64,000 nt of DNA from contig OZ244170.1 in the NCBI GenBank assembly GCA_965216565.1, forward strand, positions 928,001 to 992,000. The letters are read 5' to 3'. The stretch comes from Bythopirellula sp. (lineage in GTDB: Bacteria; Planctomycetota; Planctomycetia; Pirellulales; Lacipirellulaceae). The notes beneath the pieces were generated by a model that saw only the letters and a program-made list of their open reading frames with translations, had not been told where the DNA came from and ran no database searches. The position numbers and the translations under genes were made by a program. Of this stretch, positions 49,748 through 60,405 are shown piece after piece; the first letter of the stretch is position 1, and each line of letters begins with the position of its first letter.

Positions 49748-50012
49748 GAGATGGCAAATCGCAAGAGTTGCAGGGCAGGTTTATTGGGTAGGGCGTCTTG
49801 TTCGATTATGTCTGCCTGAGGGTCGCGAGGCAAATCGGCTGGGGCGCTCCGCTAGTTCGTTTGTCCTTCGGATAGTACCCACAAAGGCCTTCCTGGCGAG
49901 TTTCGCGCTAGCGGGCTATTACTAGCTTTTGTTATCTTAAGAGCAACGAGTTTTTCACAACTCTCTACAACAACAGACAATTTCAATAAGCAATCACGGT
50001 GAGCCGTCATAG

Positions 50013-50486
50013 ATGATTGAACCAGAAGAGTTAATGAAGCTGGCCATCGAGGCTTGCCAACGCGGGATCGACGCCGGCCAAAGCCCATTTGGTTGTGCTA
50101 TTGCCTTGGGCGACAAAGTGATTGCCCAATCTCACAATACGGTTGTACTGACGACCGACATCACGGCCCATGCCGAAGTGAACGCCTTGCGTGAAGGTTG
50201 CCGCGAAGTGGGCGACATTTTTCTAACCGATGCCGTTGTGGCAACCACTTGCGAACCCTGCCCCATGTGTATGGCCGCCTTGCATTGGGCACGAGTCGAC
50301 ACGGTTTATTACGGTGCGACGATCGCCGATGCCGATGGCTCTGGGTTCAACGAGCTATCGCTCCCTGCGGCTGAACTTCTCAGAATTGGGGGCAGCGAAG
50401 TCAAGTTGCAGGAAGGCCTCATGGTCGAAGAGTGCCGCGAACTGTTCGCCAACTGGCTGAACAACCCAGCTCGCAAGGCATACTAA
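50013..50486 (+). CDS. guaD: CDA-fold nucleobase deaminase, probably guanine deaminase
   Basis: PFG, AHAEVNA, CEPCPMC..A..WAR and a terminal Tyr, as in Bacillus-type GuaD. Confidence 0.75.
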   Translation: MIEPEELMKLAIEACQRGIDAGQSPFGCAIALGDKVIAQSHNTVVLTTDITAHAEVNALREGCREVGDIFLTDAVVATTCEPCPMCMAALHWARVDTVYYGATIADADGSGFNELSLPAAELLRIGGSEVKLQEGLMVEECRELFANWLNNPARKAY

Positions 50487-50511
50487 GTCCGTTGTCGAAA
50501 GTAATTGATTT

Positions 50512-51285
50512 ATGGTAACGAAACTTGATCTCGCAAAAGACTGGCTGCCACGTTATACGGGCATGGAGTTGAAGCAGTTTGGTCGCTACGTTCTGCTCAC
50601 CAATTTTTTCGGTTATGTGCAGCGTTTTGCTGAGAAATTTGATTGCGAAACCTTTGGTCTCGATCGGCCCATGCAGGCGGCGACGAACGATCAAGGCCTA
50701 ACCATTGTCAACTTTGGCATGGGCTCGCCCAACGCGGCGACAATTATGGACTTGCTCACTGCCTACCATCCGGAGGCGGTGCTATTTCTCGGTAAGTGTG
50801 GGGGCTTGAAGCGATCGACAGAGATCGGAAATTTCATTCTGCCCATCGGTGCCATCCGTGGTGAGGGAACTTCCGACGATTATTTGCCTCATCTAGTGCC
50901 GGCTTTGCCGTCGTTTAAGATTCACAAGTTCGTTTCCGAAAAACTCGTCGATCGCCAACTCGAGTATCGTACGGGCGTGGTCTACACCACGAACCGACGC
51001 GTCTGGGAGCACGACGAAGAGTTTAAATTGCGGCTGAAGGAATACACGCCAATTGCCATCGATATGGAATCGGCAACGATCTTTGTGGTGGGTCATCGCA
51101 ACGAAATAGCCCGCGGCGCCCTGTTATTGGTCTCAGATCTTCCGATGACGCACGAAGGCATCAAAACCCAGGCCAGCGACGCCAAGGTAACTAGCCGTTG
51201 GACAGAATTGCATCTGGAAATTGGAATCGAATCCCTCACCGAGATCGGCGAAAAGGGCGAGAAGATCAAGCACTTCCAGTACTAG
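50512..51285 (+). CDS. amn: AMP nucleosidase (short form)
   Basis: WLPRYTG, LLTNF, NFGMGSPNAATIMDLL, IRGEGTSDDY, TTNRRVWE and DMESAT. Confidence 0.88.
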   Translation: MVTKLDLAKDWLPRYTGMELKQFGRYVLLTNFFGYVQRFAEKFDCETFGLDRPMQAATNDQGLTIVNFGMGSPNAATIMDLLTAYHPEAVLFLGKCGGLKRSTEIGNFILPIGAIRGEGTSDDYLPHLVPALPSFKIHKFVSEKLVDRQLEYRTGVVYTTNRRVWEHDEEFKLRLKEYTPIAIDMESATIFVVGHRNEIARGALLLVSDLPMTHEGIKTQASDAKVTSRWTELHLEIGIESLTEIGEKGEKIKHFQY

Positions 51286-51412
51286 GGGATTCCCGAACTC
51301 TACGCTTTTCGCTGGTTCAATCCTCTCTGGCTACTTCGCGGCTCGGCGGCCATCGGCTAGACTGATCTCTTTCCCATTTCTAATCGTTTAGTTCACGAAA
51401 CTGTCTAATATC

Positions 51413-52114
51413 ATGTCCATCGAAAACATTGCCAGCTATATCGATCACACGGTGCTCAAACCCGATGCCACCAAGGAGCAAATCTTGAAGCTCTGCGGTG
51501 AGGCAGCCGAATATGGCTTTGCCTCGGTCTGTGTGAACCCCTGTTACGTAGAGACTTGTGCCGAGCAACTTGCGGATGTCAGTGCCAAGGTATGCACCGT
51601 GGTTGGATTTCCGCTGGGTGCAAATGCCACGGATACTAAGGCGGAAGAAGCTGCCCGAGCGATCCGCGCTGGTGCCCAGGAAATCGACATGGTGCTTAAT
51701 GTATCAGCGCTCAAGAACGGCGACGACCAATATGTTACCGATGACATTGCCGCTGTGGCGAAGGCCAGCCACGATGGAGGTGCTATTTGCAAAGTCATTT
51801 TGGAAACTTGTTTGCTAAACGACGACGAGAAGGTCCGCGCCTGTAAAGCGGCCGTCGCAGCCGGCGCCGATTTTGTGAAGACCTCCACCGGCTTCAGTTC
51901 AGGCGGAGCTACCGTAGAAGACATCCGTCTGATGAGCAAGACCGTGGCCGAAGCCAAGCTCGGAGTGAAAGCGTCTGGCGGGATCCGCAGTTTCGCCGAT
52001 GCTCAGCAGATGATCGAAGCGGGGGCCACGCGAATCGGAGCGAGTGCCGGCGTGCAAATCGTCCAAGAGTCCCAAGGAGCAGCTACAGCTAAGAGTAACC
52101 AGGGAGACTACTAA
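51413..52114 (+). CDS. deoC: Deoxyribose-phosphate aldolase
   Basis: [36 protein letters not shown] and VKASGGIR. Confidence 0.96.
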   Translation: MSIENIASYIDHTVLKPDATKEQILKLCGEAAEYGFASVCVNPCYVETCAEQLADVSAKVCTVVGFPLGANATDTKAEEAARAIRAGAQEIDMVLNVSALKNGDDQYVTDDIAAVAKASHDGGAICKVILETCLLNDDEKVRACKAAVAAGADFVKTSTGFSSGGATVEDIRLMSKTVAEAKLGVKASGGIRSFADAQQMIEAGATRIGASAGVQIVQESQGAATAKSNQGDY

Positions 52115-52152
52115 GTTAGGCGCGAACTACGCTCATCACTAAGATCTTTTTT

Positions 52153-52275
52153 CCACGATTGTTGCGAATCATCACGAATGTAAATAAGAGTTGCCTCTCG
52201 GTCCAAAGGTGCCCCATGACTTGTAAGCAACACACTTCCTAACTCTGGTTCGTTTGATTCGATCTATTCGTTGTT
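52153..52275. repeat. Degenerate inverted-repeat element built from 9-mers (CACGAAT type)
   Basis: CCACGATTGTTGCGAATCATCACGAAT paired with TTCGTTTGATTCGATCTATTCGTTGTT. Confidence 0.5.
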
Positions 52276-52319
52276 AATTAACTGAAATATAAGCACTAAG
52301 CAATGTTGAGAGTAAACGG

Positions 52320-53153
52320 ATGCTAGAACTCTACGACCAAATTCAGGAAGTAACCGAAGTTATTCGTAAGCAGTGGGACTTAAAGCCAAGGGCTGGCATC
52401 GTGCTGGGGACTGGCTTGGGGGCTTTGGCCAGCCAGATCACGGATGCCGTCAAAATCGACTACTCCGATCTGCCGCACTTTCCAAGTTCAACCGCAGTGA
52501 GCCATAAAGGCCAATTGGTGTGTGGACTGCTGAACGGCGTGCCTATCGTTGCGATGGAAGGCCGTGTGCACCAGTACGAAGGCTATCCTCTCAAACAAAT
52601 CACTCTGCCAGTTAGGGTGATGAAAGCCTTGGGTGCCGAAACTCTGATCGTAACTCACGCAGTGGGGGGCATGAATCCCAGTTACAAGCCAGGCGATGTG
52701 ATGATTATCGACGATCAGATCAACCTGATGGGCGATAATCCCTTAGTGGGCATCAACGACGATCGACTAGGTCCGCGTTTTCCTGATATGTCGGCGCCCT
52801 ATACGCCCGAGTTGTGCGATGTGGGGCAGGCGATCGCACGTAAGGAAGATTTTGTCGCCCATCGCGGCGTGATGGTGGCAGTGACGGGCCCGAATTTGGA
52901 GACTCGTGCTGAGTACCGTTTTCTGCGGATGATCGGTGCCGATGTGGTCGGCATGTCGACCGTTCCTGAAGTGATCGTTGCTGTCCACAGCGGCATGCGG
53001 GTATTCGGGTTATCAGTAATCACCGACATGTGCCTACCCGATTCGCTGAAGCCGGCTGTGGTTGAAGAAATCGTCGCCACCGCAAATTCAGCCGAGCCAA
53101 AGCTCACGGCATTGGTGCTTGGCGTATTGGCCCACGAAGCGAAGCGAGGTTAG
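52320..53153 (+). CDS. punA: Purine nucleoside phosphorylase, trimeric type, paralog 1 (Asp at the specificity site)
   Basis: VLGTGLG, GRVHQYEGY, GPRFPDMS, GPNLETRAE, VGMSTVPE and SVITD. Confidence 0.9.
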   Translation: MLELYDQIQEVTEVIRKQWDLKPRAGIVLGTGLGALASQITDAVKIDYSDLPHFPSSTAVSHKGQLVCGLLNGVPIVAMEGRVHQYEGYPLKQITLPVRVMKALGAETLIVTHAVGGMNPSYKPGDVMIIDDQINLMGDNPLVGINDDRLGPRFPDMSAPYTPELCDVGQAIARKEDFVAHRGVMVAVTGPNLETRAEYRFLRMIGADVVGMSTVPEVIVAVHSGMRVFGLSVITDMCLPDSLKPAVVEEIVATANSAEPKLTALVLGVLAHEAKRG

Positions 53154-53157
53154 CACG

Positions 53158-53979
53158 ATGCTGGAGCTTGCTGGACAAATTGAAGAGGCCATGGCTGCCG
53201 TAAGCCAGCGCTGGTCGCACACACCCGTTGCTGGAATCGTTCTTGGCTCGGGGCTCGGCGACTTAGCGAACCAAATAGATGCGGAAGAGACGATCGATTA
53301 CGGCGAGATTCCGCATTTCCCCAAGGTTACCGCGATGGGCCACCGTGGGCAGTTAGTTTGCGGCAAACTCGAAGGAAAACCAGTCATCGCTTATCAGGGT
53401 CGGTTTCACATTTACGAAGGGTACACCGCTCAACAAGCGGCTTTGCCTGCCAGACTGTTGAAGGGTTTGGGCGGGAACACATTGATCGTTTCGAACGCTG
53501 CAGGCGGTGTGAACCCCCATTACCAAGTGGGCGATGTCATGCTGATCGACGATCAGATCAATTTGCTTTTCCGTAATCCGCTGATTGGCATCAACGACGA
53601 CAACCTGGGTCCCCGCTTTCCAGATATGTCGGCACCCTACGACAAGCAGTTGGGAGACATTGCTGTTGAAGTGGCACGTCGCGAAGGTTTTACACTGCAC
53701 AGGGGAGTGTATATGTCTTGTCTCGGCCCGACCTACGAAACCCGCGCCGAATACCGCATGGTACGTCAGTTGGGTGCCGATGCCGTGGGAATGTCAACAG
53801 CTCCGGAGGTGATCGCCGCGCGGCATGCCGACATGCGGGTGTTAGGGCTTTCGACAATTACCAACGTCGGTTCGCCCGATGCGCCAAGTGAAACATCGGG
53901 GCACGATGTGCTGAACGCGGCTGCCAGCGCGTCAGAAAAGTTAGTTGCTATCGTCCGTGGTGTGGTGAACGGGTTGTAG
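53158..53979 (+). CDS. punA: Purine nucleoside phosphorylase, trimeric type, paralog 2 (Asn at the specificity site)
   Basis: VLGSGLG, GRFHIYEGY, GPTYETRAE, VGMSTAPE and STITN. ATG at 53158. Confidence 0.9.
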   Translation: MLELAGQIEEAMAAVSQRWSHTPVAGIVLGSGLGDLANQIDAEETIDYGEIPHFPKVTAMGHRGQLVCGKLEGKPVIAYQGRFHIYEGYTAQQAALPARLLKGLGGNTLIVSNAAGGVNPHYQVGDVMLIDDQINLLFRNPLIGINDDNLGPRFPDMSAPYDKQLGDIAVEVARREGFTLHRGVYMSCLGPTYETRAEYRMVRQLGADAVGMSTAPEVIAARHADMRVLGLSTITNVGSPDAPSETSGHDVLNAAASASEKLVAIVRGVVNGL

Positions 53980-54006
53980 CCAGCGAAGAAATTCGGGGAG
54001 TGAAAT

Positions 54007-55290
54007 ATGAATCCTGTTTGGACGATTGCCAAAAAGCGAGATGGCGAAGAACTGACGCCCGAGGAAATTGGCCATTTCATTAGTGGCTATGCCAAGGATG
54101 AAATCCCCGACTATCAAATGTCGGCCATGGCGATGGCCATCTATCTGCAGGGAATGAGCACAGCTGAGATTGCCGCACTGACGGATCACATGCTTGCCTC
54201 CGGGGCTACCTTTCAGTGGCCTGGCAGTACGACTCCCAAAGTGGATAAGCACTCCACCGGCGGCATCGGTGATAAAGTGTCTTTACCCTTGGCACCGATG
54301 CTTGCCTGCTGCGATCTTCATGTGCCGATGATTTCTGGCCGCGGATTGGGCGCTACCGGTGGCACGCTGGATAAGCTTGATTCGATTCCAGGGTATCGCA
54401 CCGATCTTTCGATGGAAGAAATGCAAGCGGTCACCAAATCGGTTGGTTGCGTGATCAGTGGTGCCACGACCGATTTAGTGCCTGCCGACCGCAAGCTCTA
54501 TGCTTTGCGCGACGTGACTGCCACCGTGCCATCCATCCCGCTAATTACCGGCAGCATCATGAGCAAGAAGCTGGCCGAGGGGCTCGATGCTCTGGTGCTC
54601 GACGTGAAGTTCGGCACCGGCGCTTTCATGAAAACTGAGGCCCTAGCAAGAGAGCTTGCCGAGTCGATGGTCAACACCGGCAAACGCATCGGCGTGAAGA
54701 CCACCGCACTACTTACAGACATGAACCAGCCCCTGGGTCGCATGGTGGGCAACGCTGTGGAAGTCGACGAGTCGGTTGCCGCCCTGGAAGGGAACGGGCC
54801 GGAGGATTTGATGGAAGTAACGCTCGCCCTGGGTGCTGAACTCTTGGTTTCGACCGACCGAGCTGATTCGTTGGAGGCGGCTCGTGCTCGATTGCAAAAA
54901 ACAATTGACGATGGTTCCGCAAGAGCCAAGCTGGCTGAGATGGTTGCCGCACAGGGTGGAGATTTGGAAGCTGCCCGCAAAGTGGCACCCGCTAGCGATG
55001 TTCCCGCTCCACAAGCCGGCTTTGTGACAGCGATCGATGCCGAGATGCTCGGCCAGGCGGTCATAGCGATGAAAGGCGGTCGTCAGCAACTGGGCGACAA
55101 GCTGGATCTCTCGACCGGATTCGAAATGCTCGTTCGTCTGGGAGATCGAATCGAAGCTGGCCAACCATTGGCGAAGCTTTTTGCACCGCAGGACGTGGCC
55201 GAAGCTGGCGGCAAAAAGTTGAGCGATGCGATTCGGATCGCAGACGAGTCACCCACCGTCGGCCCATTGATCCTGCAGCGGATCGATTAG
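54007..55290 (+). CDS. deoA: Thymidine/pyrimidine-nucleoside phosphorylase
   Basis: KKRDG, DKHSTGGIGDK, PMISGRGLG.TGGTLDKL, LYALRDVTATV and SIMSKK. Confidence 0.93.
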   Translation: MNPVWTIAKKRDGEELTPEEIGHFISGYAKDEIPDYQMSAMAMAIYLQGMSTAEIAALTDHMLASGATFQWPGSTTPKVDKHSTGGIGDKVSLPLAPMLACCDLHVPMISGRGLGATGGTLDKLDSIPGYRTDLSMEEMQAVTKSVGCVISGATTDLVPADRKLYALRDVTATVPSIPLITGSIMSKKLAEGLDALVLDVKFGTGAFMKTEALARELAESMVNTGKRIGVKTTALLTDMNQPLGRMVGNAVEVDESVAALEGNGPEDLMEVTLALGAELLVSTDRADSLEAARARLQKTIDDGSARAKLAEMVAAQGGDLEAARKVAPASDVPAPQAGFVTAIDAEMLGQAVIAMKGGRQQLGDKLDLSTGFEMLVRLGDRIEAGQPLAKLFAPQDVAEAGGKKLSDAIRIADESPTVGPLILQRID

Positions 55291-55549
55291 GCTAGGGCCC
55301 CCGATGGGGGGCAAAGAGGGTCTTTCTTGTAGCCTGCAGTGGGGGTTTGGGTCCGCGGAACGAGTTTTTTTGCAACGATTCGCTTGTATCGAAGCAATCT
55401 GCTGGAGAAAGGTGGACATTCAGGGTATTTTAATCGTTCACGGTCAATGGAGGCTATCTAGCTTAACCAATAGTTTTTTGCGAAGCGTGACGGGTTCTTG
55501 CGGATGACATTTGCAAGAATCTCCACGGACACCAATAGGGAGCACGCTA

Positions 55550-56368
55550 ATGATTCGACATAAATTGATCTTCACAATTGTGATCTCCGCACTGACGATT
55601 GTGGGAAGCAATGCGCTTGCTGGCCCCATTGTAACTTATGACTTTGATACCGAGGACGACCTTGTTACCCCACTGGCCCATGGCCAGATCGTTGATCCAG
55701 CATTTGACGCACCTGGGTTTAGTGAGTTTGGTAACATCTTCAATGTTAGCTCGACCCAAGATGGTTCTGACGGACATTTGGGCGTGACTGTCTTCGATTC
55801 CGATCTTGCCGGTACTCTGGATCCTGACTTGGAAGTTGGTCGGGGAAACATTCTCATCTTGCAAAACGATAGCCATAGCTCTCGCACTGGCGACTTCTAC
55901 GACAATCCCAACGACGAGGCAAGCCTCGATGACAACGGTAGCATCGTCTTCGACTTTAACTTTCCCGTAGGACCTAAGTCCATTGATATCGTCGATGGCA
56001 ATGGTGGTTTCGGAGCGACGCTGACGCTTACCGACAGTAACAACCTCACTCGAACGTATACTATTCCTGAGAAGTGGACGACGGATGTCACACAGGCTTT
56101 GAATGGTTTTCAGGCGCTCGATCTAACGACGCTCCTACCTCAGGCTTCCGAACCGAATGCAGTAGGAGGCGACGCGACTGCGGTAGAGGATGCTGGATTT
56201 GACGAAACTATGGTTCTCCAGCTTCGCATGGCATTCACAGGTTCAGGTGGTTCGGGGGCAACAACCTCGGGTGGTATCGACAACCTGGTTATCGAAATCC
56301 CAGAACCAGCAACGAGTCTACTGCTCGTTTCAATGCTTCTCGGTTTGGGATGTTCCCGCCGCCGATAA
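55550..56368 (+). CDS. PEP-CTERM surface protein
   Basis: Signal peptide, acidic body and C-terminal IPEPAT-TM-RRR. Confidence 0.88.
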   Translation: MIRHKLIFTIVISALTIVGSNALAGPIVTYDFDTEDDLVTPLAHGQIVDPAFDAPGFSEFGNIFNVSSTQDGSDGHLGVTVFDSDLAGTLDPDLEVGRGNILILQNDSHSSRTGDFYDNPNDEASLDDNGSIVFDFNFPVGPKSIDIVDGNGGFGATLTLTDSNNLTRTYTIPEKWTTDVTQALNGFQALDLTTLLPQASEPNAVGGDATAVEDAGFDETMVLQLRMAFTGSGGSGATTSGGIDNLVIEIPEPATSLLLVSMLLGLGCSRRR

Positions 56369-56398
56369 AGCACTAGACGATTCGGATTAGCTCTATAT

Positions 56399-56433
56399 AA
56401 CGCCTAGGTAATGTCCGTTGCCTGGGCGTTTTT
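56399..56433 (+). terminator. Intrinsic terminator
   Basis: AACGCCTAGGTAA / TTGCCTGGGCGTT hairpin plus T run. Confidence 0.75.
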
Positions 56434-56560
56434 ATGCGCTATTCGTCTAGATACTTGAAATCAGCCCAAAGTGGACTCTCGGCTGATGGCGAGCTATTCT
56501 TTCTAAGACTTGCTGCTGTTATTACGAGGACGAGGTATTTTCACTTCGTAGGAATTGTCC

Positions 56561-57517
56561 ATGGCTCACCATTACAAAAAGGCATTCACTCTGGTGGAAC
56601 TGCTGGTGGTCATCGCCATCTTGGCGTTGCTCGTGGGGCTATTGCTGCCGGCCGTCCAGGCGGCGCGGGAAGCGGCTCGCCGTGCCCAATGCCAGAACAA
56701 CCTCAAACAAATTGGCATTGCGCTGCTAAGCTACGAAGCGGGAAACAAACAGTTCCCACCGGCGGGGACTGATTACGGTTGGTGCCAATACCCAGAAAAC
56801 GGGGGAGCCACCACTGTCCGCAACGGTAACGGACTGATGATGCTATTGCCCTATCTGGAGCAATCGGGGCTCTATGATCGGTTCGATCTAAATGCCGCCT
56901 TTTTCAATCGCATGAAGGGCAACGAACATTGTTGCTCTCCGACCTCGAGCTTGGGCCAACTCTTGGGCGACGCCGAGTCCAGCGGTAACCTGGCCTTGGC
57001 GACTACTCAGCTACCAGTGTTTGTCTGTCCCTCGGATATCGGCGAACTATTCCTCGAGACGGGTGCGGCCAAGACGAACTACGACTTCAGTTCGTCCGAA
57101 CGGTTTCAATGTGCCGAGTGGGAACACGCCGACGCAGACACACGTCGTATGTTTGGCGAAAATAGCACCACTAGTGCTGCCGACGTGAGCGACGGCCTTT
57201 CACACACCGTGGCCCTTGCCGAGACCTTGCGTGATATCTACAGCGGCAGGGCAACTGCCTGGGCCTATCGCGATTGGGTGATGGTAGGCATCGATGTCGG
57301 CAGAAACAACATCAACAGCTGGCAATGGCCCGGCACTATTCAATCCCCTCGCCGTTCGCAGTTGCGCGAGTTTGCCCATGCCGGTAGCCTGCACGGTGAC
57401 GGAGCACTGATGCTCATGGCAGACGGATCAATCCATTTCATGTCGGACACTACCGACCAAGTAGTGCGCGAGAGACTAGCCGTAATGGCCGATGCTCAAT
57501 TGGTGGATTGGCCGTAG
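56561..57517 (+). CDS. DUF1559 prepilin-type protein with an H-X9-DG C-terminal motif
   Basis: [46 protein letters not shown] and [18 protein letters not shown]. Confidence 0.93.
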   Translation: MAHHYKKAFTLVELLVVIAILALLVGLLLPAVQAAREAARRAQCQNNLKQIGIALLSYEAGNKQFPPAGTDYGWCQYPENGGATTVRNGNGLMMLLPYLEQSGLYDRFDLNAAFFNRMKGNEHCCSPTSSLGQLLGDAESSGNLALATTQLPVFVCPSDIGELFLETGAAKTNYDFSSSERFQCAEWEHADADTRRMFGENSTTSAADVSDGLSHTVALAETLRDIYSGRATAWAYRDWVMVGIDVGRNNINSWQWPGTIQSPRRSQLREFAHAGSLHGDGALMLMADGSIHFMSDTTDQVVRERLAVMADAQLVDWP

Positions 57518-57624
57518 TGAGATTTCCAAGTCACCCTCCCGATTTTCGGGGAGGGGGTATCTTCGCATAAGATGAATAAATCCTCCCGGGTTTTCAGGCC
57601 TAGCTCCTCAGCTACTTAAGTATC

Positions 57625-57684
57625 TGTCATCCCGAGGTCTGCCGAGGGATCTAGCCAGGTTCCTCGGCAGACCTCGGAATGACA
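57625..57684. repeat. 60-bp palindromic REP-like element, copy 2
   Basis: 56/60 identical to 10799-10858; lies between convergent genes. Confidence 0.85.
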
Positions 57685-57771
57685 CAACCCTTCGCGTCTG
57701 CGTACTCCTCTCTGTATACCAGGAAGCATTCAGATAGATTCTTAACGCACCACAGTTTTCTCAGCTCCGAC

Positions 57772-59442
57772 TCAAGAAGGAACACGCACCAGCACAGGCT
57801 TCGAGCGGCGATGGCCGCGGCCGGCGAGGCGGTCGAACCGTTGTCGGCAATGCCAGGCGATTCCTAGGGTTGCAGCGATGCAGAGCACTGCTTCGTAGAA
57901 GTGATACCCCGTTTCAAAGGAGACGGGTTGCCGAAAGTTGACCGCTGATCCTCCGCCGCCGATTTGCTGTAACATCGAACTTGCGATTAGCAAAAGCAGC
58001 ATCGATGCCAATACTAGCAATACTGCGACAATGGAGACCGCGATTTTTACTCCCATCCAGCCGAGTAGCGTGAGTGTGATTGCTCTGCCGGAAGACTTGG
58101 TTGTGAGCGAACTCCACACGCCAATGGCAGACATCACACAGATATACATGGCCGAACTCAGGACCATCATGAAAAATGCATAGAAGGTGATCGACTCCAT
58201 CATAACGCCCAACAGCCAAACTAGTAGAGTTGCGATCAGGAACCAACGAAGTGAATAGAAACTCACAATCATCTTCGCCTTGACGATTTCGCCACCCTCT
58301 AGCGGTGTCATCATCAGCGCATCCCAAGTACCTTGTTCCTTTTCCATTGAGATTCCCGCTGCGGCTCGAATGCCAACTGCCCACTGAATAAGCCAACCCA
58401 GGGGCACTGCTAGGATTCCTATCCATTGCGAAGCGATCGCCAATGTGTTTTGAACGAACAACGGTGGCTGTGGGTTGATCATGGTCCAGAGAAAGAGACT
58501 CATCAGCAGGATGCTACCTCCCAGCATCATTACGAGGGTTAGAAAAATTACCGCACTGAGCAACCGGCCAAATTCGCGTGTCGATTCGATATAAAGCTCT
58601 TTCCATTGAATGGGGTTACTCCCCATCGGAGGGATTTCCCGCTGGCGATTGGAACTCCGGAAGTCACCACCTGCGCGTCGCAAATAGGTTGGCCACAATA
58701 GCCGCAGGGTCAACGTCAGGCTGATGATTGCCATAACAGACCAAACGGCAATCGTGCGAGAGGCGGGAATAATGTCTCCGGAGTAGATCAACCCGGTAAC
58801 ACAAGTATAAGGGTTTAGAGCAATAAGCCATGAGGCCCAGCTGAGATTCAGGCGACCGCCAATCAATATTGGGAGAATCAATAAGAGCAGTCCCACGACG
58901 TACGTCGCAATCAACGCATCGCGGGCACGGGTGAATAGTACGAAGAACAGCAGTGCTAGCCCCGCCACTCCGCTGGCCGTTGCGAACATCAACACCAACA
59001 GGACAAGTAGCGACTCGGTCGTCATTCCGCAAAAGATGCCAAGAAACACAATCGCCGGCAGCCCCGCCAACGAAACAGTCGCCACTTGAACGAGCCGACT
59101 TATGAACCTCGAGTACACGATCTCGCCTGCTGAGAGCCTGGTGCTTAGCAACATGCCCAGGGCCATCCGCTCGGGATCGTCAGAAAATCCGCCCGCCAGT
59201 ACTGCGGGTGATATCAGCAACACGAGGCTGAGGTTCAGGAGGACGAGCGCCGTGACCGATACTGAGAGAATCAGGCTGGGCACGGTTCCTTCATCGACCA
59301 CCTGCATTAGCCAACAGCACCAGGCAGCAAATATTAAAATTCCGAAGCACAAGACGGCAGCCACCGTCCGCATGATAAACACCCACTTTCGTGAGATGGC
59401 CCATCGGCATTCGGGTCCAGCCAATGGGGAGAATGCGAACAT
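57772..59442 (-). CDS. ABC-2-type permease-like polytopic membrane protein with a duplicated domain
   Basis: Many TM segments, ISMEKEQGTWDALMMTPL..EIV..K and NPIQWKE. Confidence 0.75.
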   Translation of the reverse strand: MFAFSPLAGPECRWAISRKWVFIMRTVAAVLCFGILIFAAWCCWLMQVVDEGTVPSLILSVSVTALVLLNLSLVLLISPAVLAGGFSDDPERMALGMLLSTRLSAGEIVYSRFISRLVQVATVSLAGLPAIVFLGIFCGMTTESLLVLLVLMFATASGVAGLALLFFVLFTRARDALIATYVVGLLLLILPILIGGRLNLSWASWLIALNPYTCVTGLIYSGDIIPASRTIAVWSVMAIISLTLTLRLLWPTYLRRAGGDFRSSNRQREIPPMGSNPIQWKELYIESTREFGRLLSAVIFLTLVMMLGGSILLMSLFLWTMINPQPPLFVQNTLAIASQWIGILAVPLGWLIQWAVGIRAAAGISMEKEQGTWDALMMTPLEGGEIVKAKMIVSFYSLRWFLIATLLVWLLGVMMESITFYAFFMMVLSSAMYICVMSAIGVWSSLTTKSSGRAITLTLLGWMGVKIAVSIVAVLLVLASMLLLLIASSMLQQIGGGGSAVNFRQPVSFETGYHFYEAVLCIAATLGIAWHCRQRFDRLAGRGHRRSKPVLVRVPS

Positions 59443-59453
59443 GGCAATTCCAG

Positions 59454-60221
59454 CTACTCGGAGGCGATTTCTTGGAAGTCGTCACGGAAGACAACTTTGA
59501 CGCGCGGCCGAGTGAGAAACCACAAGCACAGCGCTGGGTAAATACATCCTACGAGTAGTGTTATGATTGCCCCGGCAGAGATCATCACTCCTTGCATCGC
59601 AGCTATATCGATAGGCGGAGCCCCGCCTCCCCCAGCATTCATTTGATCAAACATCGCCTGCGCTTGTTTGATTTGTATGGGGACGATCACCGCCAGATTC
59701 ACAGTTTGCAAAATACACAGACGAAGAATTTTCAATCCGGCCGTCCAAACCGCCAGTTTGCGAGCCCATTCCCGCTGCATAAGTAGCCCGACCCCCGAGG
59801 CAAACATCATCAAGTTCAAAACCAACCCCGTCGAACCATCGGCAATCCCGTAGGCGATGATTTTTTTGTCTCTCATCGCCGTGAAGGGATCAAACTGGGG
59901 GGTGTTGAATCTGGCGACTGCGGCCTGCCGCTCGGCCTGGATACTCTGCTTCTCATCCTCCGTTTCGGCCTCGGCTTCCCGTTGATCGAATTCGGCAAGT
60001 TCTGCCTCGTGCTCTTCTTCAATCGCCTGCTGCATCGATTCAAACGTCTCGGCAAAGTATGGCATGAGCAACGCTACGCCCAGTGCATAAGCCGCAAACA
60101 TTCCCGCCATCAGCGAAAAGATGATATTCAGAATGCCAAACACTTTGGGAGTGGTGGCGTCTGGCTCGATGGCCATAGGAACAGGCTCGGTCGCCGAGAA
60201 TCGATCTTCCACGATGAACAC
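59454..60221 (-). CDS. Hypothetical membrane protein
   Basis: About four TM segments and an acidic coiled loop; starts just upstream of the permease. Confidence 0.65.
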   Translation of the reverse strand: MFIVEDRFSATEPVPMAIEPDATTPKVFGILNIIFSLMAGMFAAYALGVALLMPYFAETFESMQQAIEEEHEAELAEFDQREAEAETEDEKQSIQAERQAAVARFNTPQFDPFTAMRDKKIIAYGIADGSTGLVLNLMMFASGVGLLMQREWARKLAVWTAGLKILRLCILQTVNLAVIVPIQIKQAQAMFDQMNAGGGGAPPIDIAAMQGVMISAGAIITLLVGCIYPALCLWFLTRPRVKVVFRDDFQEIASE

Positions 60222-60405
60222 CGTATCAAAGGTTGCTGGAAAAGTGCTTTATATCACATCGTATCTAAAGCAAGGCCACGCACGGCTGCGTTCTAGAGTA
60301 CCACAACAGCGCTTAAAATTCCATTTGAGGCCTGGGGTTATTCGTACAGTATCCAGCAGGTACCATGGACAATCGTCAAACACATCAACTCTCAGGAGCA
60401 AATAG

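Noticed and set aside
55291..55549. GC-rich hairpins after deoA considered as a tRNA or other ncRNA
   Set aside because: No cloverleaf or T-loop consensus, and no clear promoter-terminator pair.
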